A stretch of DNA of 64,000 nt. Origin: a virus (taxonomy: Duplodnaviria > Caudoviricetes). Position 1 is the stretch's first letter, and the number at the start of each line of letters is the position of its first letter. Location of the stretch: IMG/VR virus record IMGVR_UViG_3300037484_000435, positions 288,001 through 352,000 of that record. One strand, written 5' to 3'. The notes under the pieces were generated by a model. It was not told the DNA's origin and searched no databases. It saw only the letters and a list, made by a program, of their open reading frames with translations. Positions 1-12,300 of this stretch are shown in pieces. A program made the position numbers and the translations under genes.

Positions 1-1
1 T

Positions 2-388
2 GGGTAAACAATACTGTACATGAGCCAAAGTAAATATATCAGAGGAGGAACTACTACCCTGCAAGACTTTTTGAAAACGAGCGAACCCAAATTCATCCGC
101 AAAACATTCCCAATATTCCCCGTCCAACAATTTAGCGGAAAGGGACATACGTATACAGGCATAGGGGTCTTGATTGAGTATGTCGAGGGGACAGCAAGAA
201 GAATACTCATTCTCAGGAACGGTACCTCGGATAGGTATATCATATTTCTCTAACACCTTACGTGCTAAATTGTTACCTTGTTTACGGCACTCTGCTGTAG
301 TTTTGTCCCACGCAGGTTGAGCACAGGGGTCCCCATAACGTAATTTACCTTCGTCCTTTAATAATCGTCCTTGTGCAGATAATGTCAT
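2..388 (-). CDS. Partial ORF (runs off the window edge) immediately downstream of the giant tape-measure gene; probable baseplate hub / distal tail protein
   Basis: My translation from ATG at 388 is open to the edge: MTLSAQGRLLKDEGKLRYGDPCAQPAWDK...EYWECFADEFGFARFQKVLQG. It starts 7 nt after the TAA of the giant ORF. Position after the TMP and the 'W..FADEFG..RF' segment resemble hub/late-control-D-like proteins. The product call is inference. Confidence 0.55.
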   Translation of the reverse strand, partial: MTLSAQGRLLKDEGKLRYGDPCAQPAWDKTTAECRKQGNNLARKVLEKYDIPIRGTVPENEYSSCCPLDILNQDPYACIRMSLSAKLLDGEYWECFADEFGFARFQKVLQGSSSSSDIFTLAHVQYCLP

Positions 389-394
389 TCGTTA

Positions 395-3300
395 TTAATC
401 TCCAAATTCACTATTAGGTGTGCGAGGTACTGCTGACGGAACTTGCTGCTGACCAGCAGACGATTTAGCCTGATTCGCTGCTTCTAATGCATCTTTGGCT
501 ATCCTCTCCGCGTCGGTAGCTTTCTGTACTGCAGTGTCTACACTAGTCTTCAAACCTGATGTGTCTTTTTCCTGTAGTTTTGCCTGATCTTCCAGTTTTG
601 CCAGGGTCTCTTGAGCCCTATCCACTATACTTTGTAGTTGCTTGGTTAATTCTGGGCTAGCAGCATTTTCAGCAGAAGCAGCAACTCCGGCTGCACCCTT
701 AACTGCATCTAGGGCCTCCTTAACTTTTTCTGTAACTGTGTTTTTAAATTCCTCTTGTGTTAGGAACCCACTTTCTTTAACTTGATTCGCTATAGCTCCA
801 ACTGACCCCTCTGCCAAGACTGCTGTAACTTGAGCACCTGGGGCCAACTCAACTTTGATACCTTGGAGTTTCTCAGCGACCGCACTACCAATGTTACCAC
901 CAGCAGCATTTAAGGCTTCCACTAAGGAATTTATAGCGGTTTCTAAAGTCGAACCCTTCTCCGTACTTTGATTCTCCAACTGCCTAAAATTACCTTCAGA
1001 CGGCGTGGCATACGGTGAAGTAGCAGGGGGTACCGCTGGAACTTCCGTACCTGCTGGTTTAGTTTCAGGTACTGTTGGATTTACTGGTGGAGTAACTTCT
1101 TTTGCTTTCTCCTCTTGTTTTGAATTTTCTAGAGCGGTCTTCACATCTTGTACCGCTTTTAAGATACCTTCCTCAACTGTTTTTGTCTCTAAAGCTTTCT
1201 GGATGGCCCCAAGTTTCTCTTCCAATGGACCTAGGGAGGCTCCCATTTTATCTGTATTAAAAACCCCTTCTTTTGTGGGTGTTGTGGGATTTACCCATGC
1301 TTGACTAGGTTCCATTCGTAGTGGAGTCATTGCAGATGTCACCCCATCGCCTGCTCTGTAGGGGGAGGAATACTTACTGGGGTCAGTCGACACAACAACT
1401 TGAGACTGTGTAGATGCTGTACTAGGTTGAAAACCCCTATAGTCGTAACCTTTATTACTCTGTGCTGTATCTGGGTTTATCCCCGTGCTAAGCATTCTGT
1501 CTCTCTCTTCGTTTAACGAAGCTCTAGTACGCATAGCGGCGGCGTCACCTGCATTGGCTCCTACTTCATCAATACTACCAGCACGATTAACTCTACCCAT
1601 CATTTGAGCGTCAACAATATGTGTTCCCCTACCCCCTAACATTTCAGGCCAGTTAGTAACAAATACTTGAGTAATCCCCTCGGCAGCCTTTGCAGCTGAA
1701 ATACCGCCTGCCTGTCCAGTTTTAGGTCCTCCGTAAACTGGTCCCACACCAACCTTATCCGGAATAGAGTCTGAAGCAGCTTTATAGTAGCGAGGATCCA
1801 CAATACCCTTTTCTTGATCAGCATAATAGTTAGGAACTTCCCCGCCCGCGTCTCTAATCTTTTGTTTTTGTTTCTCATAATAGGACCATGCTTCTGGTTC
1901 TAATTGTACACCTGCGGCTATATGTCTTTGAGTTCTATACGCAAGCATCTGGTCTCTTGTCCACGCACCACCAGTAGCAGGTTTTCCTTGATCGGCTAAA
2001 CCACCAGTACCAGTAGCAGGACCCTCAGCAGGAAATAATCCTCCCTGTGGCATTACCATACCACCAGATAGACCAGCATTCATAAAATCACCTTGGTTAG
2101 GAAACGCTCTAGTAAGATCACCAAAATTCTTGGGCATAGGTAAAATATTTGGCTGTGTGGCGGCATCTACACGAGCCTGTTCTTCCCCAGGAGTTCTTAA
2201 AATAGAAGGTTTTTCGTTTGGTACTTGAATACCAGCAAGTCGCATATTGGCAGCTTGAACACTAGTACCCATAGTTCCTGGCATAATAGCAGGGCCTTTA
2301 AGCCGAACCTTTAGAGCTAATTGTTCTTCGGGAGTATTAGCCCCCTGCTTCATATAAGCTTGTTCTTCCCAAAGTTCCATATGCTCTGGTTTAATCTGGG
2401 ATTCTCTTTTATTAAACAAATTGCCCATATCCGCACCAGTCCAACCCTCAGGAACATTTCCTGTGCGTAACGTATCCTCTTGCTCTGGCGTTAACCCAGT
2501 AAGTCTAGACTCCCAATCTCGACCCGTCCCTGTGCGTGCTCCAGTAAAAGTACTTTTCATATAAGCAGGCATACCGCCCGTAATAATTTCTTTTTCGGAA
2601 ACTTGCTGATACTCTGTTAATTGTTTTCTTGCGGCTTCCTGCTTTTCATCAAACTCTTTTCCGCCCTTTCCAAAAAGACCCTTTATGCCTGTCCATCCTA
2701 TTTGCCCACCAGAAGATTTTGTAGCCATATCATACGCTTCTTGTCCGTGTTTCTCAACAAATCCAGCTTTTATTATTTCATCCATTTGGCTACGAGCCCC
2801 ACTATAAGTATGGCCCCTTTTGCCACCAGTAATAAATTCTTCAGCCTTTCCTATACCCCCCCAAATAGTTGGAGAGATCAATCCTTTGGCTCCCCCTAAG
2901 GCATACTCTGGAAGGAATTTGCTGACCACATTTTCTCCCATTTCTAGAGTTCCTCCTAGGGCCCCCATAATCGTTTCGGCTCCTTTCAACATGGTGTTAG
3001 GCACAACCCCCAAGGGCTCTACATACGGAGCAATTGCTTCTACAGCACCACCAAGTTTTCCTTCTTTTCCTAACCCCAAACCCTCTTTAACTTGCCCCCC
3101 TACTTCTCCCCAATACTTGGAGGCCATCTGTAAAGTAGGATCCAAGGCTAAGCCTTTTACACCTTCGTTTGCAAAATTCATGGCTATCTCACTAGCTAAG
3201 ACACCACCACCAAACCTCAATGGAACTTTAAGAGCACTCAATCCTTTTAGATTATTGAGCCCAGGAAGAGTTTCCGATACCATTGTTTGTCCCAGCCCAA

Positions 3301-6300
3301 AAGTCTTTGGCATAATTGTAGCATTAGCCGCTCCACCAGCAATACCAGAAAAATAATTAGGCCCCTCCATACCTTCAACTTTGGAACCCTGTTCGTAACC
3401 GTGCAGCCCCAAAGAGGCTAGCATCAAGGGCCCCATGACAGACATATTCCCAAACCTGTTCTTAGACAATTTCTCTGCTGTTCCCTTGGCACCTACAAAC
3501 TCGGCAACTTGTGCCAGAGAACCCCCGCCCGCTAACTTTTCCAACCCCTCTAGTTTACCACCAAAAGCCATGCCCGCTTTCGTAAAAATTCTAGCCCCAG
3601 CCATTCGACTGCCCAACCGCTCGTTGCCCAACGTCGCTGTTTGACCAGTTATAAACTCTTCTCTCAGGGGCTTAGCGGCCTTAGTACCTAACACAATGTC
3701 TCTCCCCACATCTGTCTCGGTTAGATGACTGACAGTTTCCAACTTCATCTGCTCAGATTGTTTTTGGGCCAAAGCTTCTCTAGCCACGTCATATTCCTTA
3801 TTACCTTCAAGACCCTGATCCCGATATTTATCGGCTAGTTCCACCTGCTCTTTTTCCCAGTCTTTCTGGTAACCAGTCTTTTCAACACCTTCAGGGGCAA
3901 CAACCGCTTCTTCAGCTGCTCTCCATAATTCTGGTTTTTCAGCAAAAGCTTCTTTGGACTGCTCGTATAGATTCTTAATTAATTCTGGTCTCTCCTCAGC
4001 AGGACGATTATAAACAGCCTGTTCCACCGCCTCATGAAGACCGACGTCCTTCCGATACTCCCGAACACTCTCGCTACCTGATCTACCGCGACGCTTAGCC
4101 GCTGCGTTCTCTTCCATGAATAGAGCATCATAAATTTGCTCTCCCATTTCTCCAATGCGGTATTCCGAGCCCCCGCGATGCTCAATACCAATCTCCTTTC
4201 CGCTCTGAGTTATTCTAGCCCCACCTTCGGTACCACGCTGTTGCATCTCACTCAATCTGCTTGTTAAATAGTCGACAGACTTTCCACGATCAAATTCTTT
4301 TGTCTCTTTAATCTGGCCAGTTCTCTTCATCATGTCTTCCAGTTGTCCTTCAGATAATTGAGAGACACCTCTACGAATAGCCTCTTCCCCTCTAAGTTCT
4401 TTATGGCCTTGTTTGATATTCTGCCACCAACTCCCTTTCTGGGTATCCGGGCGTTGACCAGTGTTATAATTATAGTATTCACCGAAATCCAATCCGCCCC
4501 GTGCTTTTTCTCCCGCGGTACGTAAATCCCGCGTAGCATAATCTTTAGCCCCGCGTGCTAAATCCTTTACATATTCCCACCTAGTATCGCCTTCCTTTCC
4601 TGTGTCATAGGTATCATATGTCCCTCCAAGTGGCCTCTTCACAAAATCTTTAGCCTGTTCCCACTGCTCTCTCCATGTTTTTTGAGGACTTGCGGATTCC
4701 TTTTGTCTACTAAGATTGTCTATTTGTTCCTCACGTTGTTTTATTGATTCTTCCGCTTTTCGTCTTTTTTGTTCATAGTTGACTTGATTAATCTCTGCCT
4801 TTTCATACCTTCTTTGCCCCCTTCTAGCTGTTCTATCCCATATACCAGGTTTTACCTCCTTATAGTCCTTATTTTCGTCCATAGTACGTTTTGCGTCATC
4901 AACTTTGTCTTTGTATTCCTTCTCAAGTTCCCTGTCCTTTTCTAATCTTTTGTTCTCTCTGTCAATCTCTTTTTGCAATTTTTCTTGTGATGGTTCCTGT
5001 CTACGCAGTTGTTTTACATAATCCCAACCTTCACCTGCTGCAGTGCCTGCGAGTCCCCCCAACACGGCTGGAACTAAACCAAGACCAGAAGCAGCACCAA
5101 GACCAAGAACTCCACCGATAACAGCCCTACGATGCTTTGAAGCAAAATCAAGCACTTTATTTCCTTTTTCATTGAAACTCTCTCTCCAGCTCCGCGCTTT
5201 TACCTCAGCAACCTTTTCAGCTTGTGGTTTCGCTTCTGGCATACTTTTATCTGCTGGTTCGCCTGAGAACTCCGAGAAATCTGGTAACTTATTGGTCGCT
5301 TTCTCTGGTTGAGGGGCTGTCCCACTCGCAGCCTCTTGCTGAGATCTTATCCACCAGTCCCTCGAACTCATCTCGGGAGAAAGGCCTTTACCACCAGGCA
5401 GAGACTCAACACCTTCGCCAACTGAACCGCGCATCGCTTCGCTTTGTTTTCGGAGGCCTGCCTCCATCCGGCTCTCTTTTGGGGCCTGCTCGGTTTCTAT
5501 TAGGGCTTGTTCAGCCCCCCCGACATCTCGGGTCTTTACCTCATTAAGGAGAGGTTCCTTTGCTTGCTTTTCCCATAGATCTGCTAAATTATCCAACCCA
5601 TATGCATGAGGGCTTTGGTAAATATCAGTAACCGCATGTTGCATCACTGTAGACCTTTGGTGCTTAGCTTCTATAGGGATGCCTGCCTCTAGGGACTCTC
5701 TGACTGCCTTGTGCACCGAACCCATCTGAACTTTCTGTATAGGTTTAACCCCCAGCTTTCTCTCGCCTTGTTTCTCATAATGAGCCAACTCAGCTTCCGC
5801 TTCAGCTAAGACATTTTCTACATTCACGTGGTGGTAAGCTGTGCCACCTCTCCCCCTAAACTCTGCGTCTAGTGCGTCAATTTTTACCTGATACTTACCT
5901 GCAACTTTTCCAGGAAAAACATTTTCTCCAGCCGCTTGTGCAATCTTTGCTTTATCCCGAGCTTCATTTCTCTCATTAACTAACTGTGCCCGCTTATCTC
6001 GATATTCTTGTTTGGCTCTTTCTACATCACTGAGTGTACCTTCTTGTGGACCCTTACTTTCCACTTTACTAGTCATAGCCCTAGCTTTCTCTTCTGCGAG
6101 TCTCTGGTAATTTGCTAATTCCTCCGCTTGTCCAGCTTTGTCAATAGCTCCACCTTGCGAAACCCTCTCGTTTGCTCTAGCTTGACGCTCTTGTCTAGCT
6201 ATTTCTTCTTGTTGTTGACGTTTTACTGCCTCTTCTGCTTGTTTTCGATTCTGCTCCTCTTGCATCCTAGCAGACTCTTCCGCTTGTTTACGTGCTAGAT

Positions 6301-9300
6301 CTTCCTTTACAGTGTCAGGTGTAGTAGGTTCTTTAGGAGCAACGCCCGCAAACTCGTCATACATTGCTTTAATTGCTATGTCAACTCCCCCTGTTTTATA
6401 GGCCTCCCCAGCACCTTTAGCCTCAAAGTATCTTTGGTTCCACTCAACTCGCTCTGGAGATTTCGCCCGCTCAGAAGCAGCTTGTTCTTTCTGTGTCCGT
6501 CCTTTATCTAATCCTTTATCTCTTCTCCATTTTATAAATACATCTTCATGTTCTTTTCCCCACGCCTTTTTATGTTTACGTTTCCATTCTTTCTCCTCAT
6601 CGGTTTCCACCCCTTGGCTAATATCCTCGTAAGCCTGATTGACTGCTTGAAAACGCTTGACAGCCTCATCCGGAAGAACCCCTTGAGCAACAAGTTTATC
6701 TGGGTGTGTTTGCTTAACTTGTCTCCTATAAGCCTTCTTGATCTCCTCTGGAGATGCATTTCGTTCTATCCCAAGTATCTCGTGCGGTGTTTGGCCCCCT
6801 ACTGCCCCATCCCACGAAGCACTTTCACTAAAACCACGACCACCCACATCTCTTACTTCTCTTTCCATATCCCTTAAACGTAGCATTGTTGGTGTGACAA
6901 CTTGTTCAGGAAAACTTTGCTTCATTTCTCTCTGGGCCCTACGTTCTGCACGTAGCTTTGCTCGGTCCTCTTTTCTAGGAGCAACTAATTCTGGGTATCT
7001 AGCACGGGTCTGTTCGGTAGATTTTCTAATAGCCTCAGCGAAATTAGGCGCATAACTTTCCATTCTATCAGCCATACTTTCCATCATACCCACAGTTTGT
7101 GGTTTTATATCTGTTCCCACACGTGTTATCTTATTTAAACCTTCGTCCCCAACAGTTTCTCTAAATTGCTTGAACAAACGCATACCCGCCGTCATCTTTT
7201 GTTCTGGCGATAAAGTAGGAGAGACAGTAAAACCTCTGAAAACACCGCCCCGCTCGCCCAACTTGTAGGACAAACTTGCCGCTTTCTCATGTTGAGGTGT
7301 AAACAAATCAAGTACATCGTAGCCACCCTCACGGCCCTTTGACGATATTTCCTTGTGATACCAGTCTGGGGCGGGCCTTCTCTGCACAGGTGTTTCGACC
7401 CCACCAAACATACCCTTTAGAGAACCAAGTAAACTAGCACTCTCGCTAAAGTTATCCTTATTAATTACAGGTGCGGACTCCCTCTTACGATTAAGTAACA
7501 TATAAGGATAGGCGTAACGTGCTTGGTTTAATGCTGGTGGTGTAAATCCCTTTTGGTCTTCTTCATCCTTTAAAACCTTTGGCTGTCCTTCTAAAACAGA
7601 CTCGAAAGCCGCTTGAACTGCCCCAGTTCTTTGTTGTGGTTGAGCAGTAGTTAGGGTGGGGACTTGTAAAGTTTCCTCGCCCACCGATTGAATCATACGT
7701 TCCTTTGCAGTTTGAATAAGTCTTCTATCTTTCTCTATAAGCTGCGGACTTTTAAGAATTCGATCAAGAATGGCGGCTCCCCCGCGAACCATATTCTGCA
7801 TACCTGGGTCGGTTATCTTTTCTCCAAATGCGACTTTAGATTGAATATACCTTATTATCATCTCTTCAATCTTATCTTGATATTCTTGTTTCTTATCCTT
7901 ATTTGAATAACTCCCCCCAGGACCAAATTCGGGAAGACTGGTATAAGCCTGCACTTCTTTTAATATACGCGAGTTGGGCGCAAAGTGTAAACGTTTATAA
8001 ATATCTTCTGTTGTTTCTCCCAAAGGTTTCTTATCTACTTGTGCGTTACGTAAAACTTTTGCCACAGGGTGCAGGCCCGCTTCATGCGCAACACTCAACC
8101 ACGTAGGAACGTCATACCCAGATTCACGCATTTGCCCGTTTTCTAAATCAAAACGGCTTCCTTTTCTAGATCCAGTAGAAACCATGGCTGCAGAACCCAC
8201 ACCACCATAAGTGCCTTTCTGTGCTGATATGCCACGAGTTGTTAAATAACCAGTTGCTGTTGGGACTTTCCCAATATCAGGATCGTCTGTGAATGAGAGC
8301 AATCCTCCCTCAGTATTATATACTCGGTCAGCCTTAAACCCTTTAGGGGCAAGATATTCCCAAGCTTCTCTATTCAACGAGGGCTTAATTGTGTTAGCAA
8401 TATTCATGGCCTGCTGCCCAAGATCTGCCAATGGGGGTTCCGTTATTTTAGTAGGTTGTCCACTCGGAGCCGTGGTAGGTGCTGGTAAAACAAAAGGAAT
8501 AATATTAGGAGATCCAGTGGGAATTGTTGCTGTTACTGGGGTCTCTGATATAATATTACGAGCGGGCTTAACTGGAGGACCCACTACTGTAGAAGTAGCA
8601 GCGTAGACTTGTCCTGCTTGATAACTCCCTGTGGATTCGATAGCAGATTGAGCAGTGCCTCTTGATACTTCTGGTGGTGTAGACGGCACCGCAGAAGAAC
8701 CTCCACCACGTTCATCCTTACTGGTTCCCGTTCCCTTATCCCCACACAAACACTTTTGTATAGTAAGTAATGTTTCGGATATTTTATTCAAAAGTTTGGA
8801 TTTATCTAGGCTCTCCTTCATAGCTAAATCCATAACCCTGACCATTTCTCTACCTTGAGCCGACTTAATGCCTGCATCATCGGCCTTGCTCATAAGGTCC
8901 CTCATTTCTCCGCCTTCAGGCCCTAACCCTTTTAAATAAATCTGTTCTTGTTTTAGGTCCATCGCTGGTTGATAATTAACAACACGCCACATCTCTCTGC
9001 CCTGCGACGATCTAACCCCGTGCTCTGAGGCCATCTTCATATTTTCAGCTTCGTTTAAAGCAGACATTTCTGCTACAGGATTTCCTTCTGCGCGTTTTCT
9101 TATCCCAGATAACCACTCGGCTTCTTCTGCCCCAGCCATCGGTTTCAATTGCCCAAACATACTCCCGCCCAGTATGCCAGGCGTTGTTTCAGAACCATAA
9201 ACATTCTTCAAAATCCAAGGGTCTACACCAGCACCGCCACGGGCGGTAGACGCTAAACCTTGCTGCAAAGATTGCTCTTTCCACTTCTCTACGTATTTTT

Positions 9301-12300
9301 GATAAACTGTATCTGATGTTGTATCAGTTACACTAACATTCCTGCCCACATTTATATCTGTCCAATCTTTCCTTTCATTAATGGATTTTAACTGGGCTTC
9401 TTCTTGTTTTTTTCTTACTTCTTCTGTTGTGAAATTATTAGTTGTTGTTGTCGAGGTTGACGAAGTAGCCCCGTAAGTGGTCTGGCCCAATACACCTGCC
9501 TGTAATTGTGCCAACATATCTTTGGCGTAACCTGTAGGATCCATTACTTGTTTAAAAGCGGCCTTTTGGTCTTCAGTTAGGTCTTTTGTACTTCCAGTAA
9601 GAGCTTCTTGAAGATTTCTGATCGCATCTACAATAGGAACCCAAGTGAATCTTGCAGTTTGTGCTGAATCCTCCACTTTTATAGCCTGCTTGAGGATATT
9701 GGACATTTGTTTAAACTCTGAGAGGGACTCAAACCCACGACGTGTAGCAACCCCACCTCTGTTATCAACTATATCCGCAGCCTTCTCCATATCTTCCTTA
9801 AGTTTAGATTTCATAGGTGCAAACGTCTTTACGAGATCAGGAAACTGACCCCCATACATAACTTCAGTTTCTTCTATCGTCTTTTCTGCTTCTTGTGCAA
9901 CCCCTTTTTGTCGTTCAAATTTTTGATCTTCGCGTTTTTGTAAGTAATTAATCTGCTCTTCTTTTGCAGTCCACGTTATACGTTCTTTTTGTGCTCGATA
10001 CTCCCCAGGTTTAATTTCACCAGACCGATTCTTCGCGTCTAAGGCAGCCAACTCCTGTGCTTCCTTGCTTCCTTGACGAAAAGCCACCGGTACTTTTTCC
10101 GGGTATTCCCTGTCGAATTCTTCATAGTCTGAGCTTTGGGTACGGTAATCTGCCCCCATACCCGGCATAATTACATTCTTCCCACCTATAGTTTCCATCC
10201 TAGCCCGCTGAACTGAAGATGGGTGTTTACCCATCTCTGTGTCCATACGAACCGTGTCTAGACCCCAGCGAGTGCGTGCCATAACTTCTAGTTGCACTGC
10301 GAGTTGCTCAAATTTCTGGGCAACTTGTGCTACCTTTCCTAACATATTAATTTTCTCAATAAGGGGTTCGAGTGCTTTACGGGCCTCCTCAGCAGACCCC
10401 TTGAATACAGTAGACGCCTTTCCAAAAATTTCTGCTTGCGCCAGATACTTTTCTTGTTCCTTGCCTGTTGTGATACCGCCCATAAGTCTGGCTTCAACTT
10501 CTTTCTGCTGAAAAGCCCCAGCTTTCTCAGCTAACGTATTCACCGTAGCGGTGCCCATATGTGCCTCAGCTGCTAGATTAGGAGCATACTTTGTGACAAC
10601 CTCCCTCGGGGTTAATTCGTGTTCAGCCTTAGTCTCTTGCCATTGATACTCAGCAACGCCCTTAGCTGCTCCCGCCACAGGGGACTTTAGTTCTCGGGAA
10701 AGCATGTCTCCAGAGATTCTAGCTAGGTCTCCCATCGTCTGCTTTAACAGTTGCATCGATTCTTGTAATGCTTCCATCTTGGCCAAAGTAACAGCAAATT
10801 GCTGGGCTAAACCCTCAAGGGCTTTCATCTGCCCCTTGTATGCCTCGGTAAGTCCTTCATGTTTTTGCTGTAAAAAGGCTAGTTGGCGATCTAATTCTGC
10901 TACTGACTCCTGATCGCCCGAAGCCGCAGCCATAGTCCTCTTTGCTTGTGTTGCTTGAACTTCCCCCGCCGACCTGCCAAGTTGCTCTTTCCATTGTCTT
11001 TCCAATTCTTGGGCCTGCATCCCTGTTTCATACATCTTCGGAGCATGCTTCGCCATGAGTTGGCTAGGGCTCATCTCATAGGAGTACCATTGTGGGCGTT
11101 GGGTCTCCCCCATATACCCAGACTGAGTAAAAAGACTCGCGTTACGACTATCACTAATTTTTTGTCCGAGAGTTCCCACAGCAGTCGTAATATCCACGAT
11201 CATCTTTTTAGTTTCCATAACTATCTTGATTTCCCACAACTTCTGGGATGCTTTCTTGAGAGTTTCATCTAGGGTAGACACTTCTTGGGTCAATGCTTCA
11301 ATCTTAGCTTCAGCAGCTTTCATCCCTTTTTCATATTGATCCGCACGGTTCTTATCCCCACCAGGTTGTTTCTCCTGTGCATATAATGAAGCCATTTTCT
11401 GTAATTCAGATTTTGTAGCATCTATTTCACTAATAACCTGATTACGTCGCATTTGGGCTTCCTGAGCTTGTTTAGCTTCAGGACCACCAAACTTGGCAAA
11501 ATATTCTTGTGGATTGAGATCAAATTGAGTTCTTGGTCCTTCTTGAATCTGTGTGGGCATCGCTATCCCGGCCATAATACTACCAGGAGCCTGCTTTAGT
11601 GCAGATATATTAAATTCATGGGGAAGGGCTACTTCGAATTTAGCACGCATCCCTACCAACATATTATTCAGCTGCTTAACAAAACCTTCGGCTAAAAGTT
11701 TTACAACCTTACTCTCTTCCGCCTTGAGTTCCCTGATTAGCTTATCTAGCTCCTCTTTTGTTTTAGTTGGAAGGTCTTCCTTGGCTAATTTCTCCTCAAG
11801 ATCTTTCAACATTTCTGCAGTTCTCTCCAGATTATTCTTTATCCCCTGTAGATTAATGGAGCGACCCGCTTCTAGGTCACGTTTAGTTTGCTTTAGTTGG
11901 TCTAACTCAGTATTCCACTTACTTTCGTTAGATGATGCCGCCGAATAGTTACTTTCTGCACTATTCAACTCATCAAATCTCTGCTTAGCCTCGTCTACCT
12001 TCTTTTTAAAACTAACTGCCTCAGGAGTACCAAAGTTACCCTTGTATTTTTCACTGTACTCCCCAGATAGCTTAGACCACTCTTCACCTAGATTTCTATC
12101 TTTATATTTCGCCTTAACTTTTTCAAGTTCCTTAGCTGCTTTTTCTCTTTCAGGAACCGCAGATTTAAGAGCCTGCTCTGCCGCAGGGATACTCGTTTCA
12201 ATAGTTGTTTTTAACTTTTCTCGTTGGCTAGTAGTAAGCTCCGCTTCTTTAGGTAACTTGTTTACCCGACTCTGCTCGTTTGCGACAGCTTCTCTCGCTA

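Noticed and set aside
20-253. Plus-strand 77-aa ORF
   Set aside because: It is antisense to an open minus-strand frame (388 to edge) that fits the operon, and it has no recognisable motif.
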